The notes beneath the pieces are model-generated. The model had not been told where the DNA came from. It saw only the letters and a list, made by a program, of their open reading frames with translations, and made no database searches. From positions 47,926,001-47,990,000 of the forward strand of contig NC_043005.1 of assembly GCF_006345805.1 (NCBI RefSeq): a stretch of DNA of 64,000 nucleotides, written 5' to 3'. The position numbers and the translations under genes are program-made. Source of the stretch: Octopus sinensis. Taxonomy: Eukaryota. Positions 25,438 through 38,899 of the stretch are shown piece by piece; position 1 is the first letter of the stretch, and each line of letters starts with the position of its first letter.

Positions 25438-27659
25438 GGTTGTCATCTGGACAGTTTTATCCACCAAATTCCACTTACAAGTTATTGGTTAACCAAAGTC
25501 AATAGTAAAAGCCACATGTCCAAGAGGCCACATAGAAGGATTCAGTCCAGGATCACATAACTGCAAAGCAGCCTTCTTAAGCACCTGACTCTGCCCGCAC
25601 AAAAAAATGATGTGATCTGAGTGAAATTTGGTTGCTATTTCTAGTAGACTAAGCAGTAGTATAGAGGCAGACTGGATGCACCATCAAGAGAACTGGAAAG
25701 AAGCTGCTTTTCAAACATATCCAGCCATGTTTAAATGGAAAAATTGATGTTAAAACAATGATAATGGTGATGATTAATATAAATGTGACATGCCTTATCC
25801 CTTCCTCTACAGCCATGTTAGTCAACAAAGGATTAATGTGAAAACATTGTTTGGATTGCTTGGTCACATTTAGGAACCAGGTACTCTAACACTTTTGATT
25901 GTATTAAGTGAAGAACTTACATAGTTGTAAAATGTGTAGATGGCTTCCTTTTAGAGAAAGAGAGATATTCAATCAGTAATTAAAACAACACAATTAGTTG
26001 CTGAATATCTAACTGAATTTTCAAATAATGTTTGATGAACATATCTCACAGGAAATTAAGCTTATTGACCTATTTTCGATAACTTTCTTATTGGTTTGTT
26101 ATCACCAGGGCAAATAATTCAGAAAATGTAGTTCCTTGGCATCAAAATGTACCAAATATTGTTTCTTATTAGAGTGACTTGCTGATTTTACTGGAATTTA
26201 AAATGAAGAGGAAACAAGAGTGTGGCAGACAGTGGGGAAGCATTGAAGAGAGAAAGTTAGAAAGACTAATAAAATTGCATCAAGAAAAATTTTCTGAGAA
26301 CAAATGTAGATCCTGAGTAATGTTGCAATACCTAAAATCTGTGTCTTTACATATCTGGGGCAATATAAATATTACTTTTCTCAGAAGTGGCTGTGTGGTA
26401 AAAAACTTGCTTCCAAACCACATGGTTCTGCGTTCAGTCCCACTGCATGGTGCCTTAGGCAAATGTCTTCTACTATAACCTCAGGCCAACTAAAGCCTTG
26501 TGAGTGGATTTGGTAGACGGAACCTGGAAGAAGCCCATGGTGTATATATACAACCCCACATACTTCAAACTTATCCAACAAAAAGAAAGTTATGGGTAGA
26601 CTTGCAGAAATGTTAGAGTGTTGGGAAAATGCCTTGAGGTATTTTTTATGGATCTATATAATCCTGAGTTCAAATCCAGCATAGGCCAACTTTGCCTTTT
26701 ATGTTTTGAAGGGTGATAAAATAAAGTACCAGTTTAGTGTTGTGATTGGTGTAACCAACAAACATCTTTCCCTAAATATTGCTGGCACTGTGCCTAAATT
26801 AGAAACAATTATTGTATCTGTAAATGCATTATCTTCATTATATTTTAAAGATAATTGTTTTATTTGTTTTGCAGAATTCTTCAGCTTGGTGGTTTTGTTG
26901 GCAAGAATTATAATTAACCCTATAAATTTTTTTTTTTTGTAACTGTGGACAAAATTTTAATTGTTTAAAAACCATTTCGGAGAAGTTGTGAGAAATATGT
27001 AATTAACTGTATCTCTTAATCAGATGTGAGAGAGAAGTGTTAACTATCTCATCCAATGAGTGTGAGGAACATGTGTTAGTTAACTAGCTTTCGGAATTCC
27101 ATGTAAAAGGGAAGTGTTAACCAAGTCAGCTAGTCTTCAGATATAAGAGAAATGTGTTAACCATCTCACACAATCCGTGATGCAAATATGTTGTTGATAT
27201 TTACACACAAATTAAGGTGAGAAGCAGGTAGAATTGTTAGCACTCTGGACAAAATGCTTAGCAGCATTTCATGTCTTTACATTGAGTTCAAATTCCGCCA
27301 AGGTCAACTTTGTCTTTCATTTCTTTCTGGGTTGATGAAATAAGGACCAACTAAGTACTGGGGGGTCGATGTAATTGACTTACACCCTCCTCTGAAATTG
27401 CTGGACTTGTGCCAAAATTTCAGACTGATATTTACACACAAATCACCTCTGATCAAACACCTGTATGACCAAAAGCATTCCAGCCATGGCCATTTTCCTT
27501 TATATTTGTTCAGATATCATATCTCTACAATTGCATCATCCAAAATGTCCTTTTATTTATTTAAGATATTGGGTGGGGGGTGGGGATATGAGGAAAATAA
27601 AATTGCTATTTTTAGTAGGTCAAATGACTATGTATTTGGCTTCTAGTTGAAATATAAAA

Positions 27660-27968
27660 ATAACAACGAGGGTTCCAGTTGATCTGATCAATGGAACAGC
27701 CTACTCGTGAAATTAACTTTCAAATAGCTGAGCACTCCACAGACAAGTGTACCTTTAATGTAGTTATCTGGGGGGATTCAGAGTAACACAGAATGTAACA
27801 AGGCCGGGCCTTTGAAATACAGGTACTACTCATTTTTGCCAGCTGAGTGAACTGGAGCAACATGAAATAAAGTGTCTTGCTCAAGGACACGATGTATCAC
27901 CAGGATTTGAACTCATGACCTTAAGATCATAAGCCAAATACTCTAACCAGTAAGCCATGTTCCTTCAC
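27660..27968 (-). mobile_element. tRNA-headed SINE (body X, tail T3)
   Basis: The tail gtacctgtatttcaaaggcc...gatcaactggaaccctc is shared with 42070-42258, but is joined to the ttgagcaagacac body. Confidence 0.8.
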
Positions 27969-30415
27969 AAACATGTGTATACCCTTTACCTTTTTAAGGA
28001 AGCTACGATATGGTTTGAGAGAGATTTAGAAGCTATGTCTAGCTTGTAGATTGAGTAACCACACATATGCTATCTGTTGATATTACTATATAGAGTAAGG
28101 CAGTGAACTGTCAGAATCATTAGTATGCTGGGTAAAATGCTTAGCAGCATTTCGCTTGTCTTTACATTTCACTTGTCTTTACAAAATACTTAGCAGCATT
28201 ATGCTTGTCTTCATATTCAGGGTTCAAACTCCACTGAGGTCCACTTTGTCTTTCATCCTTTTGGGGTCAATAGAATAAGCACCAGTTGAACACTAGGGTC
28301 AATGTGATTGACTTAACTCATCCCCTGCAATTACTGGTCTTGTGCCAAAATTTGAAACCAATATTACAATAGAGTGTAAGGTGGATAATCTGGCAGAATC
28401 TTTAGCATGCCAAGCAAAATGCTTAGCCGTATTTTGTCCATCTTCACATTCTGAGTTCAGCTTCTGCCAAGGTTGACTTTGACTCGCGTTCTGTCAGGAT
28501 CAATAAAATAAGTACGAGTTGGGCACTAGGTTTGATGTAATTGACTTACCCACTCACCTCAAAATTGCTGGCTTTGTACCAAAATTTTGAGCCAATATTA
28601 ATATATAGAGGTTTGGAACAAACATTTTGGTCATACTTCCAGTGCTTGTGTTAAATGTAGACTTACAAGGGCAGTGAGCCCAAGATTTATCTCTTCATTG
28701 CCCTGTTTTATTCTTTGTGATTTAACTATGTTGATACAACATAAATAGTCTGTTCAACAAGTCTCTAACATTGCTACCTATGGACTTGTAAATATGTGTT
28801 ATATACGGAGCAAAAGTTTTGAATAGACAGGAGAAAGTGAAATAATGTATGGATGGATGATGAGTTGACAGATAGCTAAATGGATGATTGAACAAAATGA
28901 TGTGTGGTTGAACAGATTAACAAATATATAAAGATGAATGGATAATTGAATTGACAGATTAAGGTAAATAGATATTTAGATAGAGATAGATATAGAGATT
29001 AATAATAGATAGATAGATTAAATGGATAGGCAGATAAAAATTTTGATTGGTAGATAAATCGATTTATTTACCTGTTGGGACCCATCACTCTCCAGTTTTG
29101 AACATAGCTGATTTCTGATAGAGTGGGAATGATTGAGAAAGCAAGGGAAAAAAAATTAACTGTAGCACTTGACGGTTACTTTATTTACTGACCCTGTAAT
29201 TTTGAATGGCAAAGCTGACTTCAGTGGGATTTGAACTCTAAGCACAGAAGACGACAAAGAATGCAAGGCATTCTTTTCAACTATCTAGCTACTCTGCCAA
29301 CTCACCAACATAATTGTATTAGATAAAGACAAGATACTATAGATAGATTGACTAATGCATGGACCAACTTCCTTATTAAACATTGATTTAAAATCTAACA
29401 TAAAAGGCAATATTTTAATTAACAAAGACATTTAAAGTGAGATTGGGAACATTATAAAATATTACAGTAGATAGTATTTCACTCAATTTCATTTTCCAAC
29501 ACTTTGACTGTGACGAAATCTCTTAAATCCAACACCTGATACTGAACTAAGGACTTCATTTAACAGGGTTAAACTTCCTTTTGACACATACTCTTCCAAA
29601 TGTTTATATTCTAAGATATTAATATGTCAAAGTAAATAATGAAAAAAAGAAAAAATACTTCCTTCAAACAGGATGGAAATCTTATTTTACCAATTACCAT
29701 TTACTTGGTACTATAAATTTGTAGCTAGTGTGTCCAACACCTTGACTAATGATGGCCATCCCTCTCTTGTTACTCCTTCTACTTTCACTTTTGACAGATA
29801 AGAATCAATAAATCTGAAGAAAGATGTAAATAACCTCAGATATAATTTTGCATCATCATAATGAATATTTCCTTCTGTTTAATTAATATTTCAGGAACCT
29901 TCTAGTAGAATGACTCCTAAGCATGCAATTCGACATGGTTCACTATCAGAGTAGATACTAACATTACAGTTATATAGTCAAACCTAACTACATGCAATTA
30001 ACTGAAAAGGTCCCTTCTCTCCAATACAGACGAGAAGCATCTTGTGTTGGCATAGAACTATTTTGAGACTATAAAGAGATGGGGTGAGAACAGTGCAGTT
30101 CTGCTCCCAACCTAGCTTGCACCCCTGAGAGCATTACATAACTTTTAGTTGAGTTAAGACAATTAATATAATGGTTACATAGCCACAGCTATTTTCAATT
30201 GCTTTCTTCCAAGTGGTTCTCAGAAGCACACAGCCAACCCAAGGTTTCGAGATTCCTCATCTAAATACCAAATGCATCATAAACAAACAACATTATTTCA
30301 ATGACAAATATTTCTTCTCGCATTTTATACTTACATGTCAGAATTATCCCTTCAGACCAGACAAACCATAAATAAATTTATACACGCATACCCACACACA
30401 GATTTATGCTGATGC

Positions 30416-30451
<36 letters not shown>

Positions 30452-30490
30452 GTGTGTGTGTACACATATATATATATATATACACACATA

Positions 30491-30529
<39 letters not shown>

Positions 30530-30530
30530 T

Positions 30531-30564
<34 letters not shown>

Positions 30565-30708
30565 AAGAGAGATGTATATGTATGTGTGTGTATGTCTGTA
30601 AGTGTATATGACAGTGAATGTGTATGTTTGTCTTTCTATCTATCTATCTAGCTGTCTATTTATGTATATGTATATCTTTATATACACATACACACATACA
30701 CACACACA

Positions 30709-30798
<90 letters not shown>

Positions 30799-30815
30799 AT
30801 ATATATACATATATA

Positions 30816-31873
30816 CAGGGGATGGACAAAATAATAGAAACACCCAGCATCATAGCATCATAATTTTTAAATATCTATAAAACCATCAAAACTTCTTTAT
30901 TTTCTATGTTTTTTTTTTATTTATTACTATTGTTGCTTAATATGTTTTGCTAAAATTGCTGTTTCTTTTCAGATATCATCAAAAAAAGGTAATTAAAATT
31001 CATTAAAATGACAGATCTATCAGACTTTCAAAGAGGTCAAATTGCTGGTGCTCATATGGCAGGTGCTAGTGTAACGAAAACAACTGAAATGTTTGGTGTA
31101 TCAAGAAGTACTGGTCTCAAAATAATGACAGCCTTTGAGAAAGAGGAAAAAACCTTCTCGTCAGAACAAAACTCCAGAAGAAAACAAAAACTCTCAGCTA
31201 GGGCCCGCTGAACTCTTACACAAATTGTTAGAAAGGATCACAAAAGTACCACTTCCAAAATTACTGCAGAGCTTAATGACCACCCCATGACCCAGTTTCC
31301 ACAAAAATTGTTTGCTGGGTGCTGCACAAAGCCAGATTTCATGGGAGGGTTGCAACCAGAAAACCATTATTTTCAAAAGCAAACGTTGAAAAGTGTTTGG
31401 ACTGGAGTAAAAACCTACAGAATTGGTCCCTAGAGCAGTGGAAGAATGTTATTTTCTCAGACGAGTCATCCTTTACCTTATTTCCAACCACTTTCTGAGT
31501 ATTTGTGTGGAGACAGCCAAAAGAAGCATTTGACCCAGACTGCTTTTTCCAACTGTTAAACATGGAGGAGAAGACTATTTAAGCATTTTATCTGATCAAA
31601 TTCATCCTATAGTTGCAGAAATGTTTCTTTCAGGATGATAATGTACCAATTCACACAGCTAAAGTTGTTACTGAATGGCATAAGGAACATTCTAGTGAAG
31701 TTGAACATCTTATCTGGCCACCACAATCCCCAGATCTCAATATTATTGAACATTTATGGTGCATTTTAGAAAAACAAGTAAGGAGTTCATATCCACCCCC
31801 ATCATCACTACAAGAACTAGAGACTGTTTTAGCCGCAGAATGGACAAAAATTCCTTTGGAAACAATTCAAACT
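30816..31873 (+). mobile_element. Tc1-like transposon remnant with DD36E spacing; left TIR present, 3' end lost
   Basis: Left end TA-caggggatggacaaaataatagaaacacc. Peptides MTDLSDFQRGQI, WKNVIFSDESSF and FQDDNVPIHTAK...WPPQSPDLNIIEHLW. There are frameshifts and an internal deletion after KHGG. Confidence 0.9.
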
Positions 31874-31874
31874 T

Positions 31875-32161
31875 TGTATGAGTCCATACCTCGTTTTTTT
31901 TTTGTATTATTTTTGTATTTATATTCGTGTAACGTCCGTTTTTCTGTCCTTGTTTCATATACATTCAAAGCTTTTTTCCAAGGAATCTAATGCTCTTAGC
32001 ATAGTTTTTTCTTGGGGCTGGCCAGATTGGAGCAATCTCAAGATTAATCAGCCAAAATTGTGAGGATGATCCGGTTCTTGACTGAATATTAAAGGCTTCG
32101 AAAGACCTGTCCATGTTTTTTGTATCGTCTTCTGGCTGTTTTGCGTTCTTGTCCCATTTTG

Positions 32162-32165
<4 letters not shown>
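31875..32165 (+). mobile_element. 3' terminal repeat fragment of the same family as the 47882-48196 fold-back (probable PLE)
   Basis: ggggctggccag...ggagcaatctcaagattaatcagcc...gatgatccggttcttgactgaa...ggcttcgaa...ttttgcgttcttgtccca matches both arms, and the fragment ends in (TA)n. Confidence 0.7.
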
Positions 32166-32217
<52 letters not shown>

Positions 32218-32396
32218 ACAGGTTTCTTCAGTTTCTGTCTACCATATCCACTCACAAGGCTTTATTCAGTCCAAGGCTATAGCAGAAGACATGCTAAAGA
32301 TGTCATGCAGGGGGATTGAATCCAGAACGATGTAGTTGGCAAGCAAGCTTCTTACCACATAGCCATGCCAGCACCTCATATATATATATGTATATA

Positions 32397-32507
<111 letters not shown>

Positions 32508-32512
32508 TAGAT

Positions 32513-32543
<31 letters not shown>

Positions 32544-33197
32544 CATATACTGCATATATGCACGTATATATGCATATATTCATATTTGCATACAAATATG
32601 CATGCATATGTTATATGTGCATGCATATACAGATTGGTAAGCACTTGTGTTTATAAATGGAGAAGAGTTTCATATTTCCAGTAATTCTGGCAATTGATGC
32701 AAAGAAACAGTGTGACAGTATATAATAGCAAATATTTACAAGCAAATCAAAATAAGAACAGTTACCATTCCATCAAGATCTTATTGACTGTTGACAATCT
32801 AAACAATGTACATGTTACATATTCCTTGTTTCAATAGTCAAAAGTCATACAGGATTTAAAAGCTTGTGGGGTTAAATGGCTTCAGTATCTTATATTTGGA
32901 AGATATGACAAGAAGGAAGCAAGGCAGATATTATAAATGAAGTTTGACTGTAAATGAATAAAGAAATCTGTTTTACTTCTATTTTCATTATATGAGTATT
33001 GTTCAGAGTATAGCAAAACCATTATGGAAGAAATGAACTTTTGTAGGTAGTTAGAAATTGAAAATTTTTCAATAAATAATTCTATTTTATCTTTTATCTT
33101 TTACTTGCTTCAGTCATTAGACTGTGGTCATCTTGGGCAGCACCTTGAAGGATGTTTTGTAGAATGAATCTGTACTAGTGCTTGTGTGTGTGTGTGT

Positions 33198-33244
<47 letters not shown>

Positions 33245-33250
33245 CGTGCG

Positions 33251-33323
<73 letters not shown>

Positions 33324-36300
33324 AAGCCTTATACTTATTCTGTCAGTCTGAACTGTGATGTTACAGGGATGTAATCACACACAATCTAGATCACCCCAGG
33401 TACATCCTTACATAAAGTGGTGTCTCACAAAAGATCTTGAGTTTGGGTAAATAACAATATGACTGCCCAGACTCAAGATCTTTTGCAAGACAACACTTTA
33501 TGTATGGATGTACCTAAGCTCAGTTCATAACGTTAGATTTATTTGAAAACCACAAATCTGGTCTATGAGAAAACATGAGAGAAAAATGAGAAGAAAGAAA
33601 AATGCAGGGCAGGTTGATGTAAAAAAATGGAATGAGAAAAAGGAAAAGAAAAGTGGAGAATAATATAACAAAAAGGATGCCAATGTCTGAGATTTAGCTA
33701 CTCAATCTGATGATACATGATACATGATATGTTATGTAAATCTGCTAATTAAATGTATCCTAAAGCATGAAACTATTAAATACTCTTTCGTAATTGTGTA
33801 TATTAAATAATATTTATATCTCACTGTATTGAATAGCTTTTTTGGTTGATTGTACCTATGATAGAATTGTAAACTACATATACATATAAACTGTTACTCC
33901 CAATACGTTTCTTTCACAATCCCTTTTTTCTTTCTCCTTCCTTTTTTTTTCTTTGAAGAGTGTAGATTTGAAATGTCAAAGACCTTTCCATTCCTCCTGA
34001 GCATCAAACTAATACACCTGCTTGTTGTTTCCTCACCTGTCTTTGTCTTTTGGTTTCTGTGAATTTGAACTATATATATATATCATTATCATCATCATCA
34101 TCATCATCACATCATCATCATCGTTTAATGTCTGTTTTCCATGCTAGCATGGGTTAGATGGTTCGACCGGGGTCTGGGAAGCCAGGTGGCTGCACCAGGC
34201 TCCAGTCTAATCTGGCAGTAGTTTCTATAGCTGGATACCCTTCCTAACACCAGCCACTCTGTGAGTGTAGTGGGTGCTTTTTACGTTCCACCAGCACGGA
34301 ACCAGTCAAGGCAGCGCTGGCATCGGCCACGTTTGGATGGTGCTTTTTACGTGTTACCAGCACGGGTATCACAACTACAATTTCCATCTGATTTTTATTT
34401 TTATGTTGATGTATTTGACTCAATAGGTCTGTGTGTGTGTGTGTGTGTATGCATGTATGTATGTTTAATTTCATTATATTATCTTTCTTTTAATTTATAC
34501 TCTATCATTTTTACATAGAAAACAGCAAGAAATATTTAACATGCCACTCCGGCACTGTTGTACATTTAGTAGCATCTAGATTTGTCTCCATATTTTATGA
34601 GTTGAAATCCTTTCAGAGCCGATAAAATAATTACCCATCCCTTGCAAATTTGTGGCCTTGCTTCAATTGAAGAAATCATTATTATTAGGAAAAGGCGGAG
34701 TTGGAGAAAGTATATTTCCAAATTTCAGTGGCAGAATATCACAAGGAAAAAAAATGTCTTATCTGTTCTCATCTTCTAATCGACTTCGATCAATGTTCAC
34801 ATCAATCGATGTGTGATAACAATAACATTTGTAATCAATGTTAGATTCCGTGATGCCAGCAGCAGATAATTATATGAAAGCTTAGCATTAAAGAATAATC
34901 TCTTTGGAGAAACTTGGAATTAGTATTAGTCACTTAACGTGCAAAGATCTGCTTTCAGCTTTCATAAAACATGGGAAAATGCCAAGCAATAAAACTTTAA
35001 CCAAAAATGAGGAATCTTCAATATTATACGCATAAATACCAGGAGATATACAGAGAGAAACAAAGAAGGAATGGGAGGGAAACGGTATTTCTTCAATTTC
35101 CTTTCCTTGTTTTCAGTGTGTAATCTGCTGATTACTTACTTCAAAGACATACAATGATGTCTCGGTATTGTCCCTCAATGTGGCATATTTCATCATATTG
35201 CAGCAGTTGGGTTATCATTGAATTGCGTCTACAATCAGGTTTCAAATCTCAGTGGTTCACATTTCTAATTTCTTAATCTTTTACTCGTTTCAGTCAGCGG
35301 ACTGCAACCAAACTGAAGCACTGACTTGAAATGCTTAATCAAACATATCAATCCCAGTACTTATTTTTTAACCCAGGTAGTTGTTCTATTAAATACAGGT
35401 ATGTTCACCCCAGGGAAAGTTCAATGCCATCAATTCGCCATGAAGAAAGTTTGCCATGAGGTAAGTTCACTGTGAGGAAAGTTTACCAAGAAAAAATATA
35501 TCTAGTATCTCACCATTAATAGTTAAAAACTGTTGAAAAGAAAAACAATGAATTGATGACAGTGAATTGATGATGATGAACTCATCAGACATGATTCTAT
35601 CATTCTCTTTTGTGGAACAACTAAATTAGGGGGACATAAACAAACAGACACCAGTTGTCAAGCAGTGGTGGTGGGACAAACAGAAACACACATGCACACA
35701 CACATGCGCGCACACACACACATATACACACACATGTACACAAACTTTGCTGGCTTTCAGTTTTCCATCTACCAAATCCACCCACAAGGCTTTGTGGGTC
35801 TGGGGCTATAGCAGACACTTGTCCAAGGTGCCACACAGCAGGACTGAACTTGAGACCAGATGCTTGGGAAGCCTACAACTAACTTTTATTTTCCCATGAG
35901 AAAATGAAAGTCCTTCGGTTGATTTGTTCAACTAAAGGCGGTGCTCCAGCATGGCCACAGTCAAGTAACTGAAACAAGTAAAAGTAAAATTGAGAGAGTT
36001 TACAAAAAAGATCAAGGATGATAGGGAACGCTACAATGCAATGTGGAGTTACATATAAAATAATGTAAACAGTAAAATAACAGAAACGAAAACAATTCAA
36101 ACAAGGAATAATTCCCCCAAAGTGGGGTAAATTCTGAGGGCTACTTCAGGCAACCCACATAACTACTGTCACCCTGACCACTAGGGCAAATGTCCTATTC
36201 CTATCCTCCTCCCTCACTCTGCTGGTACCAGCTCCAGACAGATCTGATCACTCAGACCATCCTTGCTACTCTCATGTGACTTTCAATCAATTTGCTGGAA

Positions 36301-38097
36301 GGCACCGTTTCCTTCTCCACCTCCACTTTCCTTTCAAAGTAAAACTTAAAAAGTTAATTAGGGCTTGCCAAAGAGGACAGTGTCTACTTTTGGTCTTTTC
36401 AGTGTAGCCCACCACACATCCTCTTTCACTAAGGCTACCGGACAGATAAATTCTACTCATCCTTGCCAGCCAAAGAAGGAGAAATATTATGGTTATTTCA
36501 AGAAGGCAATGCCATCTTACACATTTTTTCTAATTTTTATATGATGCACAGAAAAAGCACAGCCATGTATATAACCCATAATTTTATTCAGTTCTACATA
36601 AGATTTTTTTTGTTTGTTTCTTTCTTTTACTTCTTTTTTTTCTTTTGGTTTGCTCATTTTCAGGAAGATGCCTTTTTTTTGTTTGCTAGTCTCTATCTCT
36701 CTCTCTCTCTCTGATGGTTTGGAAGTCTTGATTAATTTTTCTCTCTTCCCACTCTGTGCAAGACAATGAGTTGGTGCTGCTGGTTGCTACAGCCAAAGTA
36801 CAGGATCGTTATTTACATATTTTTAGGAACACAAGGCAACAATATTCTTCACCATTTTCAGTTGATGCTTTGGAAATGGGAGCCAGATGATTTTATTTCT
36901 CTCTCAGCCTCCGTTTTCATTCCTCCTACTTTTTCTCAACCTTTCTAGTTCCTCAGGGCAAGAGGTCCTCCAGTGTTATTTTTTTTCTTTTACCACCACA
37001 TATGTAACAGTTAAGCCTTTTATCTTGCCCCACCAGTCTCAAGTCCTTTGTCTTGACACCCTTAACTGGGCACAGCTCTGATGATATGACCATGTGGCCA
37101 TTGCAGATCATTGATAGTTGTAAATGCATCTTGTTTTCTCTTAACCACATGTCACTTTTCCTCATTCCTGCACTAACCACCCATCCATACTGTAATACGA
37201 ATGTGATGAATAGCCACAGATCCAATGTTTCCATAATCATGACTCTTGCATTTCTCTGACCCATATACTGGGGTCACAAGTGTATGAATGGAAATTTATC
37301 TATTTCATTCTGTTTTGGCTGGGTCTTCCCTCCTCAGCATACAGTTGACGATACCATAAGCCCTACTTTTCTTAATCAAGTGGATATTACCCAATGTATC
37401 TTTCAGTGCTTCTTTTAAACTTTGGATGGAAATTGGCTTTAACTAGAGAACTGATAAAACTATAGGATATTGCTGTGAAAGATTATTTCTATTGTCTAAG
37501 AACACAAATATAGCTATTGAAGAGATTAAGAAAGGAGACATGCCAGAATTGAAAACCAGATAATAGAGTTGCAGAACTCTGCTATCCATTATTCTGCATG
37601 AACCATAAGCAAAAGTCCTCAAAATAAGGAAACTTGTTGTCCTTAATTCTCAAGCCATGATAAATGTGAAATGATGATGATGATAATGATTGTGGTGATG
37701 GTGGTGGTGGTGGTGGTGGTGTTTTTATGGTCATGATAAAAATGATCATCATGTTGACAACATTGATTAGGAAGACCACGAAGATAATGATAGCAATGAT
37801 GACAACAGCAAGAACAACAACAGTATCTACAGTAAGATTTCGGTTCTGCTCTGAGCCAATATAAAAGCTTTGATCAAATTATGTCCATGTATTGTTATCA
37901 TTATCATTGACATCATCATCTCATCATCCACCCAAGAAATAATTAATTTCATAATATTTCTAAACATTCAAGTTTATTAATTAATTAGAAACCATATGAA
38001 ACTGCAACATTTCATTGGCTAGAATGTATTATCGTCATCTCTCCATCTACTGAGTACTTTGGTTTCAAAAAGTAATTTCCTGCAAATACATGACAGT

Positions 38098-38131
<34 letters not shown>

Positions 38132-38491
38132 TAATAATAATAATAATAATAATAATAACACGATAATTATAAGTGCAATTATTTACCTCAGGCTATTGTC
38201 ATATAATTTGTTTAATCATCATTTCAACACAAATTGATTGATAATATGCATAGCTGATATATTTATGGTGCTAATTGTGTAATAATTATTCTGCATATAT
38301 TTCCTGCTTATTTCACAATATTACATTTATGTAAGTAGTAAAGTAGAATAAAGTTCCCAACAAGATACGTTTGCAATGCAAGATTGATCTCTGGTTTAGC
38401 AATCACACTTCAATTTTACCTCATATCTGAGATTTCTATCCGAATGTTTTATCTTTTTATTAGAGAAAAAAATGCATTTTATATATATATG

Positions 38492-38543
<52 letters not shown>

Positions 38544-38899
38544 TGTGTGTATAGTCATGTGTGCTTTTTTGTTTTATGAATCATTAAGCAGTCTTTCACT
38601 GCTATATCTCTCTTGATGTACTAGGAGAGAGGGTGTGGTGAAAAAATATCCCTGGCAAAATGTAAAAACAGCAAAATTCTTCTTGTGGCTGCTGATTTAA
38701 AGCTGTTCAAGATGACCATCAGTCACACTGATTTCATCTGAGCACAGCAAAGAACATGAGTAAATTTCTGTTCTCTAGAGAATACTAATAAAAACATAAA
38801 ACTTCAGGATAGAAATCTCAGATATGAGGTAAAATTGAAGTGTGATTTTCTGTGGCTGTTGTGGCACTGTATATATTTTCCTGTTAAAAAATTGAACTG

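Noticed and set aside
35140-35196. ATG-initiated minus-strand segment MMKYATLRDNTETSLYVFE ending at GAA|gtaagt
   Set aside because: It has a good donor only, with no compatible downstream exon or recognisable homology.
35400-35500. Degenerate ~17-bp tandem (aaagtt.gccatgagg)
   Set aside because: Short and decayed, with no termini or context to interpret.
36953-37264. ORF with a CYICGG knuckle-like word
   Set aside because: The CCHC motif is incomplete and there is no other retroelement motif. It may be an old repeat, but this cannot be supported.
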